From NCBI GenBank assembly GCA_010093995.1, contig ML992539.1, forward strand, positions 1 to 40,173: a DNA stretch of 40,173 bases. Reading direction: 5' to 3'. A model generated the notes under the pieces. That model worked only from the letters and a program-made list of their open reading frames with translations, did no database searches and was not told the DNA's origin. Positions within the stretch are counted from its first letter, which is position 1. Every line of letters begins with the position of its first letter. Made by a program: the position numbers and the translations under genes. This document shows, piece after piece, positions 32,201 through 40,173 of this stretch. Source of the stretch: Elsinoe ampelina (Eukaryota).

Positions 32201-35200
32201 CTTCTCTGATGGCAGGTCGCGAGCTTGACACGTTCTGCAGGATGGTGGGAAGAGTCTCTTCCAGACGACTAGTACCGAGACCAGCAAGAACTTCACTGAG
32301 CGCTTGTGCTGATCCAAGACGGTCGCCTGCACCGGTGTCTGCCTTAAGTGCGGTCATCAAGCTGGGGATGAGATCAGGCAGAGCATCTTCCCCGAGCTTC
32401 TCAACGGTCGACCCGAGAGCCTTTGATGCAGTTGCTCTTGTAGCGGGTACAGGATCGACGACAGCTGTACGCAGACCGGCGACTAGGATGGGCAAATGAC
32501 TGATCAAGTCCTTCCTGTCTGTCAAATGTGCCAGACTGCCAATGATTTGGGAAGCCTTCCTCTTTGTAGCAGATCGATCTCCCAGACCTCTTTCGAGGAT
32601 ACGGACGACCAGGGCCAACGAAGGGGCATCCAAGTAGTGGATGAAATTGACCTTGATCAAAGCATCAAGCGCTTCATCCGTGAATTTCGTAGGGTCACTC
32701 AGAGCTTTGAGAAGGATATTGACCTGGCTCTTAATCTCGGGATTCTCAATGACATCGCCGAATCGTTGCAAACTGCGGTTGGCAGATGCTCGTACTTCTT
32801 TGTGGCTGTCATTGAGAACATCTGTGAGGGGAGGGATGATTTCCGGCAAGCTGACTGCGAGCTGCTGGGGATCAAGGTACGCCATGGCTCCGAGAGAGTC
32901 ACAAGCTCCCTTTTTGCTTCGCCATTGCGATTCGTCGAGGCCTTCGAGCAACATGGGCAAGACTTGCTTGACGCCGAAAGAGCTCAAAGTGGAGAAGCAG
33001 GTCTTCGCAGCATCCAAGCATGCATCTCGCACATCAGCGGAGGGGTCTGCGAACCCGCCCAGCAATTGAGGGACAATTTGAATGACGTACGGCTCGAACA
33101 CTCTCCCGAGAATAAGAGAGAGGAGCTCATATGCAAGGAAGGCGCCCTGCCTCTGGTTGGTGTCCTTCTTTGCTTCCGTGGCGGCCTTTAGAGTAGACAT
33201 GACGCGGAACTCGCGGAAAGCTGCCACACCACGGCCCTTGACGATGCCGGCCAGACCATATGCGGCGCCACGACGGACGGCGTACTTTTTGCCGCCAGTG
33301 AGGTCTTCCATCATCTTCGACACATATTGACCAGCTTCTTGGCTTGATGCCTGTACCAGTGGTGGCAGACATTGTGCCACAGCATACTGAACAGACTCCG
33401 ATGGTGTGCTCAGTGTCTGGAGTAGTCTCTGAACGACCTTTGGCACGCGCGAATCGCCAACCTTCAAGTGCCTGGCCAAAGCTCCGTAGAGAATGACCAC
33501 AGCTTCGTTGACCAAGTCTTTGCTTTGTGAGGCAGAGTCAGGTCCATCCAGACTCCTCTCAAACAGGCTCATGAGATTCTCAACCTTGAGATTGCCGCGC
33601 TCTGAGACGATAGCAGTGGCTGCGTCCAGCATCGTGTCGCGGACAGCGCCGTGGCTGTCTCCAAGTGGGCCATTGTTGACCATAAATTCGAAGAAAGGAA
33701 CCAGATCGTTCGCAGTGAAAGCCTCTGCTAGCTCTTTGAAGGCCAGGGCGATTCCCTGTCTAGCTGGCCAGGGATCGTCCGAGTCGACCTTGATTGGCAT
33801 GCCGTACTTGTCTCTTTGTGGTACTCTTGGCTTGGCTCGTTCATTGTACATATCCTGGAGTTGTTGCAAAAGGCCCGCCAGAGTATTCGGATACTCTTGC
33901 ACCAGAGCAGCAACACCTCTCGCCGCAGCACGACGCAGCTGAATATCCTTCGATTCCAGGTATGGGAGTAGCAAGGAAACATCTTTCTCATGCGTTTCCT
34001 GTTCATTCTCTTCCCAAATCTCCTTGGCCAATTCAACATTCTCCTCCACATCGTCGTACGAAGCAGTCCAGATCTCTCTACAGAAGGTGTGCTCGGGGAG
34101 GTCAAGCTCTGCACTAATTGCTTGTAAGGAAGCAGTGCGAACGGCTACCTGAGGGACTATTGTTGCCTTGACGATAACATCTGTCTCTTCTGGAGCCAGA
34201 GTCGCGGCAATCCCTCTGCTGAAGTCGTTCAAGCAATCCTTGAACAGTCGGAAATGCTGTGTATATGCTTGAAGTGCTTTAATGATGGCAGAAAGGATTC
34301 GAGCTCGTGGTAGTCGTGTATCACTGCAGACATCCGTGTGGAAGGACAGGATCTCCCCAGCCAGGATGAGCTGCTCGTCAGCCTCTTCTCCAGATCGCTC
34401 TACAGATCCTTGCTCTAGTACAATGAAAACGAGATGCAATGCGTATGCGAGTGTGGCTGGGTCGAAAGGTCTCTGCTCGCTAAGGAACCGCAGACGGTAC
34501 AGAATCCTGGTGACCGCCTCGCCCAGTGGCTCTTCCTGAACATACTGAGGGATGGCGACCACACCGGCAGCTCGCAGTGCTACTGCACCAAGGAACGGTC
34601 TGTTGGCTCCCAATCGTGGCGATATCTTCGTCGAACATTGCAGATAAGTCTCAGCGACTGATTCACCAAGCAGGAGACCGGCACCTGCAACAATGATGTC
34701 GAACAGCTGCTGTGTGCACTTACCCAACCAGGCCTCAGTCTCGGTTGGCGGGCCATGCACGAGCGCTTTGATGATTCCGGATCCTCGTTGTATTCGAGCA
34801 ACGACGCCCGCGACCTCTTTGCGAACTTGTGATTCTTTCGAAAGCTGTGCGTCAACCTTGGCTTGTTCTTCTTTGGTCAACTTCTTGACCGAGCCCTTCT
34901 TCTTTGACAGCTGAGCTCTGAGCTCAGCTTCCCACTGTAAAGTATCATAATCTTTGGAATTCTTGCTTGGCGGCTGTGGTGGCGCCTGGGTGGCAAGAAC
35001 ATCAACGAAGGCTGTGCCTTCTGGTGTGCGGTAGATAGCAGCCTCGGTCGGTCCAATGTCTGCAAGTAGTACCGGATCGAGATCACTGCAAACCTCTTCT
35101 ATGACAAGATGGAGTAATTTATCCGGGGAGACAAAGGCGAGGTCAGCAGCCGCTGCAAATGCAGCTTCTTGGAATGCAGGTAGACCTGCAAAACGTGGAT

Positions 35201-37451
35201 CCTCTGTCCAGTCCTTGATCTTCCGAATACATGCTTCAGAGTTCCGTTCGGCGAATTGACCGGGATCAATGCCAATCTTCAAGACAGTCTCGATCCAATT
35301 ACCTCTCGCCATAAACTGTGGGCGTGCTATGATCAGCAACGACAGGGCTTGTTGATCCGGGGTTTCATCGTTGTCCTCAGACTGATCAAGCTTCACTGAA
35401 ATGCATCTGATGACCTTGTAAAGACTGTCGGTACCCGTGTGTGAAGCTGCAGCCACACTATCCTTGTTCTCGCTAGCAACGTCGAGTGCCCAATGCGTCA
35501 GACCAAGCACCATGACGTTCGTTGTTTTCAACGGATCGCTCTGATAGATGGATTGTAATGTCTGGGTAGCCTCGGATTTGACTGCAGAGGGTGACGATCC
35601 TGCAACAAGAGTATAGGCAATCGCCTGAGCCCATGCACTCTGTGCGGATTCCGGGGTATTGACTGAGAGAGCTGTGGAGGATAGAGCTGCTAATGCCCGT
35701 AGTACCCAGGTGAGGTCGTCGACTGTGGTGAATTTGGTAAAGACTTTGGAATTGAGCAAGAGAGATGGCTTTGGGTCAGCGACAAGGCTCTTTTCTGCTA
35801 CACCAGCTTTCTTGACTATGGACCAGTTCTTGAGCTCAGCTTGAATCGTGTTGAATTTGCCAGTGATGAGTGCAGTTGCAGCAACCGCAGCGGAAGCTAA
35901 GCCTGACTGGACTGCTGGAAGAGGGTTGTTCTGCACTTCTGTCCAAATATCGACAAGCTTGCCGAGGGTCGCATCTGCCAGCTTGGTCGCTGAAGCTGAC
36001 TTGAGGTCCTCATCCGACAGATTCCAGAAAAGCTGGGCAAGCTGTAAGGTCCAGGTCTTCCTTGTTGAGGGTTTCTTATCGGCCAGTCCCTTGACGACCG
36101 CATCCAAGACGCCACTCTCCGAGGACCCATCGGGCTTGATGCTGTGACTGAGGTGAGTCATGTAAGCAGCTATCTCTGCCGCGGCAGCCGTGTCGTTCGC
36201 TTCTTTAGCGATCACTGATGCCAGGCCTGACGGTATTTTTTTTGACAATGCTGCTGTCGCTGGAATTTTAGATAGTAACTGCGCATGAGACGTGCGATGG
36301 TCAGCAGATGTAAGCTTCCCGCCTTTGAGTGGCGTAAGGACAGCATCTGCCGCCTTCTCCAGACTAGCTTCGTCCTTACTTCGTTGGCAAAGTGCTTCAA
36401 AGCTCTCGATGGCTCCATTCCGGATGCTAACATTCGATGAGTTCACGTTCTTGAGCAGTGGAGTTGAGAGCTTGGTTGCCAAAAGATTTCCAAGGTCAAT
36501 CGAGGTAGGTAGTGACCTGATCACGGACGCAAGAATATTGACCAACACCACCTCAGGCGCTCGTAGCAAAGCTTTCTCGATTGCAGGTACCAGCGTCTTG
36601 TCCAGGTCCTCGCTGGTCACATATGACTCGAAGTAAGGTGACAATGATTGCGCGATCCTGTCAGGCAGTACCGTCCGCGAACCAAGAATCTCCCGAATGA
36701 AGAAGTCGTTGTATGCCGGCTTCAACTTCTCGAAGTCGACCTCGATCCCCTTGAAGCGATTGCACACCGCAGCAATGATTCCAAGAAGAATACCATTCTG
36801 CGGACTTGGTGCCGCGGCCTTTGCAATGAGAAACCCAACACAGTCGGCCAAAAGCTTCTGACCATTCTCCGACCTGGTTGCCAGCCACCTAAAGGTCCTC
36901 CTAGTGACCCTGAATACAGTCGCATCCGTACTCTCGCGCGGCTCCGAGGCCAAAAAGGTATTCATCGATCGCACCAGGGAATGTATCGTTTTGCTGCCCC
37001 ATTTCTGCCACGCCTTGTCCGACTTTCCGATCGCAGGTATGATGTGGTGTAGCCATCGAACCAGTATGAATGCATTACCAGGCGAGAAACTCTTCTTCTC
37101 CGACTCCTTGACTACCAGATCAATGAACAGATTGGCCGGACCTTGCTCGACTCTACGATTCAGTATAGCGTTGATGCAATCCTCGGTCGCATGTCGAGAT
37201 TTCATATCCACGTAGACTGGGAGGGTGTCGAAGAGATTGTGGACCAAGGGGGTCCATTGCTCGTCTTGTATCTCTGTGTTGTGTCAGTATCCATCGAAGT
37301 CTCGCCCAGCATCCCACTGACCATCTTTTTTGATCAGCTCGTGCAGAGCTTGTAGCTGCGCGGTGCGCTTCTTTGCGGCATTGGACAGCAGCACCAAACG
37401 CACGCCGTCCAGATTTGGGCCTACTGACCCGTTGACAGGCTGATCAGCCAT
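29297..37451 (-). CDS. GCN1: Translational activator GCN1 (HEAT-repeat eIF2-alpha kinase activator), 3 exons, ~2685 aa
   Basis: Exons 37451-37322, 37273-29934, 29884-29297; second intron has a perfect TACTAAC branch site. Signature segments ALLRAPE, RLRFLSEQRPFD, RRGAAYGLAGIVKG, FEPYVIQIVPQLL, HYLDAPSLALVVRILERGL, LKPFVTQITGPLIRV, C-terminal EEEDEREVWSVG. Confidence 0.98.
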
Positions 37452-37695
37452 GTCAGCATTGTGTGCGTAAGTCGCGACTGCTTCGTTTGTCGAGGTCGTA
37501 AAGGTGAGGTTGTCGATGAGCCATCATGAGCAATCTCAAAAGGGAAGTTTTACGCGAGCGCACATGGAATATATATCACCAGGCGATCCAGCATCACTGA
37601 TTGAAGACGGGCAAGCAAGGCAAACAGTGTTCATTGCAAGCCGTCATGTAATGTCTCAAGTCTACGTCTCTGCCTATCTCCTTCTCACGTGCCCG

Positions 37696-40172
37696 TCAGT
37701 CCGTCCTAGCTCTGTTGACCTTGCAACTGCTTGAATCAGATTCATGCTCAACCTCCGAAGCTGCTTTCCCGGTATCGAATGGCTTCACAGGATGCTCTCT
37801 ACGAGGGGTCGTCTTTCTCCATCGAGTGCACAACTTCTCAAGGTCTTTGAGATGGGCTTTCCTTAGTGATCCCGTCTCTCCCTCAATCGTAAGCTGGGCC
37901 CGGTATGCAGCAATGATTTCACCAAATCGCCCTACATGCCAATCGCTGCGGGCTTCGAACAGACCAGCACTGAGGACCAACGAGACCAGACCAGTAAGCC
38001 AGCAGAAATATGGAAGTGTAAGAGCCGAAATCCAGAGACTGATCATCGTTGGCTCATACGCTAAGTTTCGTAATCCATCATCGGATAGGGCGCAGAGAAA
38101 AGTCTTGATCACCAGAAAGCGTGATATACCAATGGCCCAAGTGACACCAAGCACTATACCAGTCATGTGTTGATACAGCTGTCCTGCCGGGGTGAAAGCT
38201 GAAAATAACTCGGCACCGGGAGGTTGTCCTACGAAATCATTTCAGATCTTCGGACGGTGGAAGCTGGTCCTGCCGCTATACCGTCAGATCTCAATCTTGA
38301 AGCTGGTTTGGAAAGGCATACCTCATCGTCCACATTTGTGGAAGTTTCAGCGGGCGTATTGCTGGAGGTCGTTTCCTTGGTACATTCCCTGGCAGCATCG
38401 TCGTCGACCGTCTTCAGAGGACGGGGTCCATCCGTGATGTCTGTCATTTCTGCTCCACTAGGACGATCCCAATATAGTAAGCATGCAAACATCGTAGAAA
38501 CTATTACGAAGAGTTGCAAGAATGCTCCGAGTATCCCATAGAGCTCATACGAGTGCCAGGAAAGAATCGCGCCAATGACAAGCCAGACTACCCAGATGGG
38601 GACCCCTTTCCTACTTTTTGACGTGGACAAGTGAGAAGCTGTACGGATGTCCTGATGTATCCAAGTGAGCAAAGAGATCAGGGAGATGGCACTGAAGATC
38701 ATCGGCAAAATTTTACCGATGATCAGCTCCAATACAGGACCTGTGTTCCTAAGCTTTGTCGCGGCAAATGATAGGAACTGACACAGGATAATGAGGATGC
38801 TACAGGCCACAGCGAAATCAATCCAGTCGAACGATGATGCTGAAGATGAGATCTCGGAATCGTTCAAGGTGGGCGAGGGGTCCGGTTTCGTTGTCGAGCC
38901 TCTGATTTCCGCGTCGACTGGACACTCCTGCCATGGCTTTGCTTCATCGGATTGGGATGATTGGGAAGATGAGTCAAAGCTTTCGTCCGTTGGGGGGACG
39001 CTTCGATCTTGCGTCGGGTCCTGCTTGATTGGTATGACAAAGTACTCTGTATTGTCGAAGAGCTCGGTCGATGGAGACGGACTTTCTAGAGTGGCGTTGG
39101 AGCTAGCCAGATCGATCGCTTTCTTGTATTGTTCTAACTTCTGGAAAACATGGGCGAGTATGGCGCGGCGACGCTCTTGCAAGTCATGGAGATGGCCCAC
39201 ATCAGGGCCCGGGTACGTCCTGATGCGCTGCTCGAGCCCAGCTAATTGGCTTTCATAGATGACGAGATCGGACTGAATCTGAGCGATTAGCCGGTGATGC
39301 AGGGACATGAATCGGCGGAAGACGTTGTTCGGAGGTGCGACTCCTGTCTGCGATTGATGAGGCATTTGCTCAGAATTCTGTCCTGACGTAGCTTCACCTT
39401 CGCCGTTTGCTATGGTCCCCTTTTGCGAGTAGTATTGTGCCGGTGCGGGGTTTGGTATCTGCTGTATCCTCGCGTACTTTGATCGGCTGTCCGCATTGGA
39501 ATTCGAGGTTGGCGCGTAGTTAGCTTGCTGGAAAGGCTTCAGAGGATGGTATTGTCCGTATAATTCCGAGCCGTAAGCATGCATTGGTAACGAGTGGTCC
39601 TCTCCACCGATGTTCGTCCCGTGACGGTATATCGCTCGATAAGCTGACGACGTGGGACTCGCTGTTGGCGTGGGAATGGCAGTGTATGCGCCTGTGGCAG
39701 AACTCATGGAGGATGAGCTTGATCGAAGCTGAGGGTGCGCAGGTATCGTCTCCGTGCCAGGAGATGCAACGTGAGGACCTCTGACCAAGTGATCAACACT
39801 CTCGGCTTGATGTGGCAGCCGCATTTTTCCAGCGGCTCTGTCGTATTTGTTCTGGGTCATAGTGGAGTTCGTTGATGTCGAGAGGATAGTCAGGTCTGAT
39901 AATACCGAGAGGACAGAAGGGTGTATCGAGAGGTAGGGTGCAGTCCTTGTTGCACGAACTCGACGGACAGGCAGCTTCTTTGTGTGAAGGGAGAGTTTTG
40001 AACGACCCTCACGTGTAGGCGAAGGCGAATATTCATACTCTCTGTCCCGCTCACGCTCACGCTTGCTTTTGCTTCCGTGCTGGTCGTCCTCTTCCCCTTT
40101 CCTGGTCCGTTCTAGCTTTTTATCCGTCCCTTGCTTCGTTTTGAAGCTTGGAAAGCTGGATCTGCGTCTCTC
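37696..40172 (-). CDS. DUF6594-like multi-pass membrane protein (5' end beyond window)
   Basis: The frame of ORF 38229-39860 stays open for 104 more codons to the window edge, so the Met at 39860 is probably internal. FRRFMSLHHRLIAQIQSDLVIYESQLAGLE resembles the DUF6594 start and is followed by hydrophobic TM segments. A 53-nt intron 38281-38229 (GTATAG..TAG) joins it in frame to ORF 37696-38166. Confidence 0.65.
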
Positions 40173-40173
40173 G

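Noticed and set aside
40048..40063. (CGCTCA)n micro-repeat
   Set aside because: Simply encodes part of the KRERERDRE segment of the DUF6594-like reading frame.
1..40173. tRNA, rRNA, CRISPR arrays, transposons, RIP-type AT-rich blocks, secondary-metabolite cluster
   Set aside because: No cloverleaf/T-loop context, spaced direct repeats, transposase or RT motifs, AT-rich degenerate tracts or PKS/NRPS genes were seen by eye; a tRNAscan-SE/Infernal run would be needed to exclude small ncRNAs.

Overview
Gene-dense, intron-containing eukaryotic DNA from a filamentous ascomycete (Pezizomycotina; a Eurotiomycete/black-yeast affinity is only my impression). I reconstructed about 20 protein-coding genes by hand from GT..AG introns with CTRAY-type branch points; all 26 inferred introns are 46-58 nt. 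From left to right: kinetochore Mis14/Nsl1 (partial), a small 4-exon conserved hypothetical protein, RasGAP (GapA/Gap1 type), fungal DOPA 4,5-dioxygenase-like protein, Sld2/Drc1, SRP14, allantoicase, HsbA-like cell-wall protein, a secreted Thr-rich Cys-motif protein, a DUF7053-like protein, an orphan C-terminal fragment of a fungal transcription-factor domain, a secreted alpha-carbonic anhydrase, two tandem F-box-like genes, a dienelactone hydrolase, CAP20/perilipin, MAD1, GCN1 and a DUF6594-like membrane protein (partial). I found no tRNA, rRNA, CRISPR array or transposon. The most unusual signal is not a gene. At seven sites the + strand flips abruptly from C-rich to G-rich inside coding sequence, whichever strand the gene is on. 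The skew is strong enough to rewrite synonymous sites, splice donors and amino-acid composition (MAD1), while neighbouring genes such as GCN1, gapA and SLD2 look largely unskewed. This polarity is the one expected around fixed bidirectional replication origins or another focal strand-asymmetric mutation process. An exact UaY-type site (TCGG-N6-CCGA) with an overlapping GATA site lies upstream of the allantoicase gene. All family assignments come from motif recognition, not database searches.
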